Shown here: piece after piece, positions 28,406 to 44,909 of the stretch
Layout: every line of letters begins with the position of its first letter
How positions within the stretch are numbered: the stretch's first letter is position 1
Source: Steroidobacteraceae bacterium
GTDB lineage: Bacteria; Pseudomonadota; Gammaproteobacteria; Steroidobacterales; Steroidobacteraceae
Direction of reading: 5' to 3'
Assembly: GCA_047602045.1 (NCBI GenBank)
Contig: JASGIC010000001.1
Location: forward strand, 2,456,300-2,520,299
DNA length: 64,000 nucleotides
Program-made: the position numbers and the translations under genes
Notes under the pieces: model-generated
What the model saw: only the letters and a program-made list of their open reading frames with translations
Databases searched by the model: none
What the model was told of the DNA's origin: nothing

Positions 28406-29080
28406 ATGAATGCGACGGCCAGGACAGCTCTGATCGCAGGTGCCAGCGGATTGGTGGGCACGGCATTGGTGCGCGAGCTGCTCGATTCGCCGCGGTATGC
28501 GCGCGTCATCGCCCTGAGCCGGCGGCCGCTGCCGTTCGAGCATCCGCGCTTCGCCAATCGCATCCTCGATTTCAGCCGGCTTGAAGAACAGGTGCAGTCG
28601 CTGCGCTGTGACGATGCCTTCTGCTGTCTGGGCACGACGCTGCGCAACGCCGGTTCGCGCCAGCAGTTCCGGGCCGTGGATCATGATCTGGTGCTGCGTT
28701 TCGCGCGCGTGGCGCGCCAGCTCGGCGCCAGCACGCTGGTGCTGGTGTCGTCCGTGGGCGCCAAGGCGGGATCGCGCAACTTCTATCTGGCTACCAAGGG
28801 CGAGACCGAGCTGGCGGTGGAAGCGCTGCGCTATGCGTCGCTGCACATCATGCAGCCGGGGTTGCTGCTGGGGGCGCGGCGCGAGCGGCGCAGTTTCGAA
28901 TGGCTGGCGCAGCAGGTGCTGGGTGTCGTGAATCCGCTGCTGGTGTTGGCGCAGGCGCCGTGGCAGGCCATCGATGCGAAGCAGCTGGCGCTGGCCATGC
29001 GCCAGGTGGCCCTGTCAGGGCGGCGCGGCATGTATCGGTACGCCGGGCAGAAACTCAAGCAACAGGCCGTCCGCGACTGA
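28406..29080 (+). CDS. NAD(P)H-binding (atypical SDR / NmrA-HTATIP2-like) protein
   Basis: 224 aa. ALIAGASGLVGTAL Rossmann motif. Confidence 0.75.
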   Translation: MNATARTALIAGASGLVGTALVRELLDSPRYARVIALSRRPLPFEHPRFANRILDFSRLEEQVQSLRCDDAFCCLGTTLRNAGSRQQFRAVDHDLVLRFARVARQLGASTLVLVSSVGAKAGSRNFYLATKGETELAVEALRYASLHIMQPGLLLGARRERRSFEWLAQQVLGVVNPLLVLAQAPWQAIDAKQLALAMRQVALSGRRGMYRYAGQKLKQQAVRD

Positions 29081-29180
29081 CGCCCGTGACCAAAAGTGTG
29101 AATCAATTCCGCCCCGGCAGGCCCGGTGCACTTCAAATGCGCGCTGCTTCAGCTTTTATGTCTGTGCAGTGCGGGTAAAT

Positions 29181-29196
29181 TGGCGATCGATCGCCA
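29181..29196. repeat. 16-bp perfect palindrome TGGCGATCGATCGCCA
   Basis: Read directly from the sequence. It lies 35 bp upstream of the GGDEF-EAL start codon. Confidence 0.9.
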
Positions 29197-29230
29197 GAAT
29201 TCTTTCTCAGCGGGAAACAGCGACCAGGAA

Positions 29231-32071
29231 ATGAGTTTGCCGGAAGTGACATCGGCCATGACACGCCGTCTCGCGCTGGTACTGGGTACCGTCGCTGCGT
29301 TGGCGCTGGGCATGGGAATGCTGCAGGGATGGCAGACACTGCGTCAGTCGCTGGCGCTGCAGGCCGAGCAGAATCTCAGTCTGCTGGCGCGCTCGCAGGC
29401 CACCACCATCGGCACCCGTCTTGCGGTCGCTGCCACGCTGGTGCAGTCGCTGGGTCGTGCCGAGATGATCAGCGGCGCGGGCGAGGTGCACGAACGTTCG
29501 CTGGGCAATGCCGTGCTGCCCGGCATGCTGTCCACCACCGTCGCGACCATCGAGCGCGGTGATCCGCATCTGCCGTTGAAGCTGGGCGGCAATGACCTGC
29601 AGTCGCTGCGCAATGGTCTGACGCTGGTGCGCTTTGCCACGGCCGGCCAGGCCAGGGGCGCGCTGTATCTGGTGCGTCAACTGGCGGGGGGCGATGGCCG
29701 CATCGCCTTTTATGAAGTGTCCTCCGACTGGCTGTGGGAGGGCATCACGCTGACGGGTGCCGCGCAGGCGCGCGTCGCAGTGCTCGATGGCTTTGGGGCA
29801 CTGATGCGCTACGGCGATCGGCCCGACAACGATCTGCAGTTCCTGTTCGCGCGCGAGCGCGACTACAGCGGCCAGGGTTCGCACGGTGCCATCACGCTGC
29901 GCGCCTGGCAGCTCAACGACAGCGCGCTGCGCGGCGCGGTGACGCGCATTGCGGTGCAGCCGGCCGGCCTGTCCGCTCCCGACTGGATACTGATCGCCTA
30001 CCAGCCGCAGCAGGAGGGTCTGCTGGCCTGGCAGCAGCTCAGTGTGGGGCTGCCGTGGCAGCTGCTGGCGGGTCTGCTGATCGTGCTGATCGCCGCTTAC
30101 GCGCTGCGCAGTCGCTGGGCGCCGCTGCTGGCCGAACTGCGTCACGGCCTGCGCCAGCTGGCCGATGGACATCTGGATCCCATCGAGCTGGGCGATGCCG
30201 CCGATGAGCCGCGGCTGGTCGGCATGGAATTCAACCAGGCCGTGGCCGCATTGGCCGAGCGCCTGAAAGTGCAGGCCGCGCTGGCGGAAGTCGACCGACG
30301 CCTGCTGGCGGCGGGTGAGTTCGAGCAGTCCCTGGATGCCGTGCTGATGGCGGTGCGCCAGATCACGCGCAGCCATGGCACCGTGCTGGCGCTGCTGGAC
30401 CGCGATGCGCCGAATCATGCGCGCTGCTACTACTCCATCGGCGTCGGCGGCAGTTCCGGCGTCAACCGCACGGTGCTCGATGGGCACTGGCTGGAATGCC
30501 TGGCCGAGAACCGCGATGGCGTGACCATCGCCCGCTGGGAGCCGGACCGTCACGTCTTCCTCGAATCGCTGGATGAGGCCGGTGCCGGCTTCTACTGGGT
30601 GTGGCCGGTGATGCGCCATGAACAGCTGGTCGCCATCCTGGCGGTGGGCTACCCCGACATGCCGGTGCTGCAGCCGGAGATCGCCGACAATGGCCGCGAA
30701 TGCGCGCGCCGCATAGCGGTGGCGCTGTCCAACAGCGCGCGCGACGAGCAGCTCTATCGTCAGGCGCACTTCGATGCGCTCACCGCGCTGCCCAACCGCC
30801 TGTTGTTCCGCGATCGCCTGGCGCAGGAGCTGGCCAATGCCAGCAGCGGACTGTCGCGCGGTGCGTTGCTGTACGTGGATCTGGACCACTTCAAGAAGAT
30901 CAACGATTCGGTGGGCCATGCCGCCGGCGACCAGCTGCTGGTCATCGTCGCGCAGCGCCTGCGTTCCTGCGTGAAGGAAGGCGATACGGTGGCGCGCCTG
31001 GCCGGCGACGAATTTACCGTAATCCTGCATTCCATCCAGTCGCCCGACGATGCCGCGCATGTCGCCCAGCGCATCATCGCGGCGTTGCAGATGCCGGTGC
31101 ACCTGGCGGGGCGCGACCACTACGTGCGTGCCAGCATCGGCATCACCGTGTTCCCGGACGACGGCGCCAGCATCGAGGAGCTGATGCGCAACGCCGATCT
31201 GGCCATGTACCAGGCCAAGGACGGCGGCCGCTCGCGGGCCGTGTTCTACAGCGCGCAGCTCGCCCGCCTGCAGGCGCCGGTGGCGCAGAGCGGCCTGTAT
31301 CGCGCGCTGCGCCGGCGCGAGTTCGCGCTGTACTACCAGCCGCAGTATGCGCTGACCGACGGTGCGCTGGTGGGCGTGGAGGCGCTGCTGCGCTGGCAGT
31401 CGCCGCGCGACGGCCTGCGTTACCCGGGCGAATTCGTGCCGGCCGCCGAGGAAAGCGGCGTCATCATCGACATCGGCGCCTGGGTGCTGGAGAGCGCCTG
31501 CAACCAGTTCGCCATCTGGCGCGAGCAGGGCATCGCGCCGCCGCGCCTGTCACTGAACCTCTCGGTGCAACAGCTGCTGCAGCCGGATTTCCCGCAGCTG
31601 GTGCGCCGGGCGCTGGACCGCGTCGGCCTGCCGCCGGAAGTGCTGGAACTGGAGCTGGCCGAACCCATGCTGGTCGAGCAGGAAGTGCGCGACCGGTTGC
31701 GCGCGCTGGCTTCGCTGGGAGTCAGCATCGCCCTGGACGACTTCGGCATCGACAATGCCGCGCTCAATCACCTGCGTCTGAGCCAGGTGCATACGATCAA
31801 AATCGATCGCACCCTGCTGCTGGAAGTGAATTCCAATGCCGGTGCGGCCACGCTGGCGCAGTCGGTGATCTCCATGGCGCACGCATTGGGCAAACGCGTG
31901 GTCGCCGAGGGCGTGGAGAGCATTGAACAGTTGAGCTTCCTGCGCGAACATGACTGCGATGCAGCCCAAGGTTTCTTCCTCGCCCAGCCGCGCTCCGGTG
32001 CCGACACCACCGAGCTGCTCTCCGCCGGCCAGCAGTCGCCGGAGCTGCTGCGCCAGCAGCAGGCGGGCTGA
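29231..32071 (+). CDS. sensor GGDEF/EAL-domain protein (c-di-GMP turnover)
   Basis: The start was trimmed to the ATG at 29231 (AGGAA RBS). The protein has two TM segments flanking a periplasmic region, a HAMP-like region and a GAF-like region. The GGDEF domain carries the motif AGDEF. The EAL domain has EALLRW, DDFG, KIDR, EGVE and QGF. Confidence 0.88.
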   Translation: MSLPEVTSAMTRRLALVLGTVAALALGMGMLQGWQTLRQSLALQAEQNLSLLARSQATTIGTRLAVAATLVQSLGRAEMISGAGEVHERSLGNAVLPGMLSTTVATIERGDPHLPLKLGGNDLQSLRNGLTLVRFATAGQARGALYLVRQLAGGDGRIAFYEVSSDWLWEGITLTGAAQARVAVLDGFGALMRYGDRPDNDLQFLFARERDYSGQGSHGAITLRAWQLNDSALRGAVTRIAVQPAGLSAPDWILIAYQPQQEGLLAWQQLSVGLPWQLLAGLLIVLIAAYALRSRWAPLLAELRHGLRQLADGHLDPIELGDAADEPRLVGMEFNQAVAALAERLKVQAALAEVDRRLLAAGEFEQSLDAVLMAVRQITRSHGTVLALLDRDAPNHARCYYSIGVGGSSGVNRTVLDGHWLECLAENRDGVTIARWEPDRHVFLESLDEAGAGFYWVWPVMRHEQLVAILAVGYPDMPVLQPEIADNGRECARRIAVALSNSARDEQLYRQAHFDALTALPNRLLFRDRLAQELANASSGLSRGALLYVDLDHFKKINDSVGHAAGDQLLVIVAQRLRSCVKEGDTVARLAGDEFTVILHSIQSPDDAAHVAQRIIAALQMPVHLAGRDHYVRASIGITVFPDDGASIEELMRNADLAMYQAKDGGRSRAVFYSAQLARLQAPVAQSGLYRALRRREFALYYQPQYALTDGALVGVEALLRWQSPRDGLRYPGEFVPAAEESGVIIDIGAWVLESACNQFAIWREQGIAPPRLSLNLSVQQLLQPDFPQLVRRALDRVGLPPEVLELELAEPMLVEQEVRDRLRALASLGVSIALDDFGIDNAALNHLRLSQVHTIKIDRTLLLEVNSNAGAATLAQSVISMAHALGKRVVAEGVESIEQLSFLREHDCDAAQGFFLAQPRSGADTTELLSAGQQSPELLRQQQAG

Positions 32072-32322
32072 GCGCCGCGCCCGGACCGCGCGCGCCTGCC
32101 AGCGCTCACCCCGATTTGACAAGAATGTGACGTACTGCTGGTGAATGCGGCAGCTGTGACTCATCTCTCCTTCTGCGCGCTTGACGCGATTGGGCAGCCT
32201 GCCAAACTTTGTCACGTGTCCAAGGGCAAATCCGTCGCAAGATGGAGACGCAAAGCCTCCGGTCCCGGGTTGTTCCAGGATAGCGGGGTTACCACCGGAC
32301 GCCCTGTTCCCGGGAGCCGTTG

Positions 32323-34122
32323 ATGCACAGCGCTGTCCAGTCCAATGAAACTGCTGCAAATACCAGCGGCAATCCTTTGCCGCCCCAGGGGTTTGCGTCG
32401 CCCCAGGGGTCTGCGTCGCCCCAGGGAACGCGCTTCGTCATCAATCTGACCTCCTCGACCACGCCGGTCGCGCTCAAGCAGCCCTCGCACCCGGGCCTGA
32501 AGCGGTTCACCTTCTTCGTTTCGCGCCGCCTGGAAGAGGGGCGTGAGCGTTTCCGCATGCACATGGGCTACTTCGAAAGCCAGGAAGAGGCCGAGAAGCT
32601 GCTCGACATCGTGCGCGAGATCTATCCGGCGGCCTGGGCCGGCGTGGCGCCTGGCATGCGCCTGCGCGCCGGAACCACTCCGCCCATTACCGGACCGCGC
32701 GCGACCCTCCCGGCCGCGCCGCAGCCCGGGCCTCTGGCCGCCGCGTCGAGTGCCGCTGTGCCCGCATCTGCGCCCGCGCCTGAACCGCTCAGCGCTGCGG
32801 TGCTGCCGCCCGAGCCGCTGACGCTCAGTGCGGATGCGCCGCGTGGCGCGCCGGCTTTCGCCGCTCTGCCGCCGTCACCGGTTGCAGCCCGGACCTTGCC
32901 TTCCTTCGAGCTCAGCGTGGATCTGCAGCTCGAGGAGCCGCCGCCGGTCGACGAGGCCGCCGGCGCGCTCGACAACGTGCGCCAGGCGATCTCCTCGCTG
33001 GACGATACCGCCACGCGCGCGCCCGTGCTGAAACCGTTGCCGGAACTCAAGCCGGCACGCTCGCTGGATGATGCGCAGGTATTGAAGGTGCTCGAACCCA
33101 CCGGCACATATGCTGCCGTCAACACGGGGGCGCAGCCGGCGCTTGCGAGCGCGGCATCTGCCACGACGACCACTGAATCCGGCGACGCCACCGTCATTGC
33201 GCCCGCTGCGCTGGTGGCGCCGCCTGCCACCACCAGGCGCATGCCGGTTCTGCCCGCTGCGCCGCCGGCACGCTCGGCGCTGCCGGCCAGGAGCGCCGGT
33301 ACCGCACCCGTCACGGCGCCGACCTCGGCAGCGCCGGGCGCGCCGCGTCGTGAAGTGGCCGCGTACGCCGTACAGCTCATGTGGTCGGTGCAGCCGATCC
33401 GAGTTGATCAGGTCCCGCAGCTGGCCATCTTCAGCGCCTATACGCTGTATGCCGCTGAAGGTAATCGCGACGGTCGTCGCTGGTACGGTCTGCGGCTGGG
33501 CTTCTTCACCGATCCGCTGTCGGCGCGTCAGGTGGCGCAGTACGTGCGCAGCGAATTCAGCTCGGTGTCGGTCGTGCCGGTGACCGCGCGCGAACGCGAT
33601 CGGGCCGGCGCAGCGCCGGTGCATCCGACGCTGACCGCCGCCAGGGCGGAGGGCGAAGTGCTGGCCAACAGCGCCGCTCCGGCCGCCGGACAGAAGGACG
33701 AATTCAAACTGCTGGACGACTCGGGCCGGCAGAAGCTGCCGCCCGCGGCGGCGGCCAAGATGGATCCGCGCACCGCGGCATTGGCGCGCATCGCCAAGGC
33801 GCTGCCGGCGGGCGCTCCGAGCACTGGTGGCAAGCGCGCCAAGCTGCGCCCGCAGCCGGCGGCTGCTGCGCAGGCCAGTGCTGCCGCGCAGGCCGGTGCA
33901 GCCGGCGCCAAGGGCAAACCGCGCCGCGCGATGACGCTGGAAGAAACACTGGAAGTCCTGGGCGCCGACAAACTGGAGATGACCCAGGAAGGTGGCGAGC
34001 TGCTCAGCGAATCCGGTGTGCGCCATCTGAGCGCGCAGGCCGTCAGGGCCAAACGCAGCGGTTCCAATTCACGCATCGGCCGCCTGTTCGAGCGGCTCTC
34101 GGAACGGATGGGCGGCGGCTGA
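32323..34122 (+). CDS. SPOR-like domain protein with Ala/Pro-rich low-complexity linkers
   Basis: About 599 aa. Two SPOR-like blocks are present (FVINL...RFRMHMGYFESQEEAEKLL and YAVQLMW...WYGLRLGFFTDPLSARQVAQYV). The ATG at 32323 follows GGGAG. Confidence 0.68.
   Translation: MHSAVQSNETAANTSGNPLPPQGFASPQGSASPQGTRFVINLTSSTTPVALKQPSHPGLKRFTFFVSRRLEEGRERFRMHMGYFESQEEAEKLLDIVREIYPAAWAGVAPGMRLRAGTTPPITGPRATLPAAPQPGPLAAASSAAVPASAPAPEPLSAAVLPPEPLTLSADAPRGAPAFAALPPSPVAARTLPSFELSVDLQLEEPPPVDEAAGALDNVRQAISSLDDTATRAPVLKPLPELKPARSLDDAQVLKVLEPTGTYAAVNTGAQPALASAASATTTTESGDATVIAPAALVAPPATTRRMPVLPAAPPARSALPARSAGTAPVTAPTSAAPGAPRREVAAYAVQLMWSVQPIRVDQVPQLAIFSAYTLYAAEGNRDGRRWYGLRLGFFTDPLSARQVAQYVRSEFSSVSVVPVTARERDRAGAAPVHPTLTAARAEGEVLANSAAPAAGQKDEFKLLDDSGRQKLPPAAAAKMDPRTAALARIAKALPAGAPSTGGKRAKLRPQPAAAAQASAAAQAGAAGAKGKPRRAMTLEETLEVLGADKLEMTQEGGELLSESGVRHLSAQAVRAKRSGSNSRIGRLFERLSERMGGG
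32383..32427 (+). repeat. 18-bp in-frame tandem repeat, about 2.5 copies
   Basis: ccccaggggtttgcgtcg / ccccaggggtctgcgtcg / ccccaggga, encoding PQGFAS-PQGSAS-PQG. Confidence 0.9.
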
Positions 34123-34146
34123 GGCGCTGTGTCCGCGGTCGGCGCC

Positions 34147-34475
34147 TCAGCGCTTGCCGAACAAACGTTCCAGTTCGAGACGCGCAGCTTGCGCTGCTGA
34201 AGTGTCGGCCGGTTTGTGGGCGCCGGCGCGTGGTTGAAAATAGTCGCAGAAATTAGCGCGTTCCTTGTCGAACACTTCTTCCGCGATCGGCTCGCGGCAT
34301 TTCTTCGCAACGCGCTCGTCGTAATCCACGCACAGCTTGCAGACGTGCAGTTCGGCACGGCACTGGCGGCATTCGTCACGCCGGCCGAGCGGCAGGCTCA
34401 GATGAGCGAGCGAAGCGCCGCACTTCCAGCACACCAGCGCAGGCGCGGCCGGAGCGCCGCCATTCCCGCCAGCGC

Positions 34476-34479
<4 letters not shown>
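34147..34479 (-). CDS. small Cys-rich zinc-ribbon protein
   Basis: 110 aa with four CxxC pairs or partners (CWKC, CRQC, CKLC, ...C...C). The GTG start overlaps the stop of the upstream giant uvrA-like gene (GTGA). Confidence 0.68.
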
Positions 34480-40034
<5,555 letters not shown>

Positions 40035-40427
40035 GGGTGGCTTGAACGTGGAGTCGGCCACGGGATGTGACCGGTGCACGTGAATTATGTCCCAATTCGG
40101 TGCTTGCAACCCTGGTCACCGGCGTTTTACCGCGACAGCGAAATCCCGTCAGGGCCGATACCCCTCCGGCAAGGGATGAATCGCAATGAATCCGGGTACT
40201 TGTGCGGAGTTGAGGGTGGTCAGGATCGGCCGCATCTCGGCGCCAGCCGGCAGGGCATGATGCTGGCCCTGCAGATGAGCGCTGGCCGCGTGGTGTTCGA
40301 TGCCAATCTGGGATTGGCACGCCGCAGCGTCGCAAGGTGCAGGGTGAACCGGCGCAGCGCCTGACGAGGCTGGCACTGCGCTCAATGGCGCCATGTTCGT
40401 CATGGAGAAGCGGCGACTGATCATCAC

Positions 40428-40579
40428 AAGCTGAAGATCGACCGCAGCTTCGTGCGCGACCTGCCGGGCGGGGGCTGCGTGTGGTTGCAGAAGGCGTGGA
40501 GACCGAGCAGCAGCTGGCGGCCATCTGCGAGCTGGGTTGCGATCTGGCGCAGGGCTACCTGTACAGCAAGCCGCTGCAT
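40428..40579 (+). pseudogene. decayed EAL-domain (c-di-GMP phosphodiesterase) gene remnant
   Basis: 40428-40463 encodes KLKIDRSFVRDL. A different frame, 40481-40579, encodes VAEGVETEQQLAAICELGCDLAQGYLYSKPL. The intervening segment and the whole N-terminal part are missing or broken. Confidence 0.55.
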
Positions 40580-40672
40580 GCTCACCCAGGCGCTGAGCGT
40601 GAGCGAATTGCGCAAGGGCGCCTGAAGACTGCGCCTTTCCAGTACAGTGGCGTTTTGAGCGCCAGGCCTGCC

Positions 40673-41563
40673 ATGACTGCACCCATCGGGATCGCCCTTG
40701 TCACCGCGCATGCCAATCGCGGCGAGGATGAGGATGCGCCGCTGATCGCTGCCGCCCTGCGTGCGCACGGCGTCAATGCGACCGAGGTCGCCTGGGACGA
40801 TGCCGGTGCAGACTGGAGTCGCTATCGCCTCGCGCTGCTGCGCTCCACCTGGGACTACACGCTGCGCCTGCCCGAATTCCTCGGCTGGATCACGCATGCC
40901 GCTGCGCAGACTTCGTTGCGCAACGATCCGGCCACGGTGCGCTGGAACGTGGACAAGCACTACCTTGCCGATCTGGCGCATGCCGGCGTGCCGGTCGTGG
41001 ATTGCCAGTTCGTCGAGCCGGGCGAATCCGCGACGGCCGCGCTGCACTCGTTCCTGGCGCGCTACCCGCAGCGCGAGCTGGTGGTGAAGCCCGCGGTCAG
41101 CGCCGGCTCGCGTGATACGCAGCGCCATGGTCGTGAGGAGCGCGAGGCGATCCTGGCGCATATCGCGCGTCTGCTGGACGAGCGCCGCAGCGTGCTGCTG
41201 CAGCCGTATCTGGAGCGCATCGACCAGCAGGGCGAGAGTGGTCTGCTGTACTTCAATGGCGAGTTCAGTCACGCCATCCGCAAGTCGCCCCTGCTGGAGC
41301 GGGGCAAACCCGGTGCCCGCTCGCTGCATGCGAAGGAGCGCATCACGCCGCGCGAGCCCTCTGCCGCGGAGCGCGCGCTGGCGGTGCAGGTGCTGGCGGC
41401 CCTGCCATTCGCCGTGCCGCTGTATGCCCGTATCGATCTGATCCAGGGCGATGATGGTCAGCCGCGGCTGCTGGAACTGGAGCTCACCGAGCCGTCGCTG
41501 TTCCTGAAGCACGGTGCCGGGGCCGCCGAGCGCTGCGCCGCGGCGGTGGTCGCCAGGATTTAA
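40673..41563 (+). CDS. ATP-grasp domain protein (RimK/glutathione-synthetase-like fold)
   Basis: 296 aa after trimming to the ATG at 40673. The ...[14 protein letters not shown]...[14 protein letters not shown]...[10 protein letters not shown]...ARIDLI pattern is typical of ATP-grasp enzymes. Confidence 0.72.
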   Translation: MTAPIGIALVTAHANRGEDEDAPLIAAALRAHGVNATEVAWDDAGADWSRYRLALLRSTWDYTLRLPEFLGWITHAAAQTSLRNDPATVRWNVDKHYLADLAHAGVPVVDCQFVEPGESATAALHSFLARYPQRELVVKPAVSAGSRDTQRHGREEREAILAHIARLLDERRSVLLQPYLERIDQQGESGLLYFNGEFSHAIRKSPLLERGKPGARSLHAKERITPREPSAAERALAVQVLAALPFAVPLYARIDLIQGDDGQPRLLELELTEPSLFLKHGAGAAERCAAAVVARI

Positions 41564-41613
41564 CCGATATTTCAATCGCTTGCGTGCATGCCGGGCGCTA
41601 TACTGCGCGCCTC

Positions 41614-43844
<2,231 letters not shown>

Positions 43845-43848
<4 letters not shown>

Positions 43849-44228
43849 GCGCGGCGCGACGCTTCCAGTCCAGCGGCGCGCTGCTGCTGGCCATCGCCAC
43901 GATCATCGGGGCGCTGGGCGCGCATGCGCTGAAGACGCGCCTGCCGGCCGATCGCCTCGAAGTGCTGCAGACCGGTGTGCATTACCAGTTCTTCCATGCA
44001 CTGGGCCTGCTGCTGATCGGTCTGCTGGTGGAGCGCAGCGACAACCGTCTGCTTGCAGGCGCCGGCAATCTCGTGTTGGTCGGCATTCTGTTGTTCTCCG
44101 GCAGTCTCTATGTGTTGCTGTTGCCCGGCGTGTCGCGCTGGATCGGTGTGGTTACGCCGGTCGGTGGCGTGTGCTTGATCGCCGGCTGGCTGGTAGCGGC
44201 CTGGGCACTGTGGCGGCGCAGGATCTGA
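43845..44228 (+). CDS. DUF423 (YgdD-like) membrane protein
   Basis: 127 aa, four TM segments, GALGAHAL...HYQFFHAL motif. The GTG start overlaps the ygiQ stop. Confidence 0.83.
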
Positions 44229-44234
44229 GGCTTC

Positions 44235-44891
44235 ATGCTCGAATGTGTTGAACGGGTGACGGGCCCCGCGCCCCGCGCGGCGGTGATCTGGATGCATGGT
44301 CTGGGCGCCGATGCCCACGACTTCGAGCCCATCGTTCCCGAGCTGGTGCGTCCCGGCGAGCGCGCACTGCGCTTCGTGTTTCCCAATGCGCCGGTGCGGC
44401 CGGTGACGCTGAACAACGGTTACCCGATGCGTGCCTGGTACGACATCATCGGGCTGGATCGCCAGTCGCGTCAGGATGAGGCCGGCATCCGCGCCAGCGC
44501 TGCGCAGATCGGTGAGCTCATCCAGCGCGAAGTGGACCGCGGCATTCCCGCCGAGCGCATCGTGCTGGCCGGCTTCTCGCAGGGCGGTGCGATGGCGGTG
44601 TATGCCGGCACGCGCCATGCGCAGCAGCTCGGCGGCATCATCGCGCTCTCCTGCTATCTGCTGGGCGACCAGAGCTTTGATGCCGAGCGCAGCGCCGCCA
44701 ATCAGGCCACGCCCATCTTCGCGGCGCATGGCACGCAGGATCCGGTCGTGGTGCCCGAGCGCGGTGAGCAGATGCGCGCGGCGCTGGAGCAGGCCGGCTA
44801 CCCGCTGGAATGGCACAGCTATCCCATGGCGCATACCGTGAGCATGGAAGAAGTGGGCGCGATCGCCGCGTGGCTGCGCCGCGTGCTGTGA
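44235..44891 (+). CDS. carboxylesterase/phospholipase family alpha/beta hydrolase
   Basis: 218 aa. WMHGLGAD...GFSQGGAM...HG..D motifs. Confidence 0.87.
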   Translation: MLECVERVTGPAPRAAVIWMHGLGADAHDFEPIVPELVRPGERALRFVFPNAPVRPVTLNNGYPMRAWYDIIGLDRQSRQDEAGIRASAAQIGELIQREVDRGIPAERIVLAGFSQGGAMAVYAGTRHAQQLGGIIALSCYLLGDQSFDAERSAANQATPIFAAHGTQDPVVVPERGEQMRAALEQAGYPLEWHSYPMAHTVSMEEVGAIAAWLRRVL

Positions 44892-44909
44892 TCCGCTCGT
44901 GAGCGGCCC

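Noticed and set aside
40035-40150. Looked for a LexA/SOS box upstream of the giant uvrA-like gene.
   Set aside because: No CTGT-N8-ACAG is present in this interval. There is only a possible sigma-70-type promoter, TTGCAA-N16-TAATTC on the minus strand.
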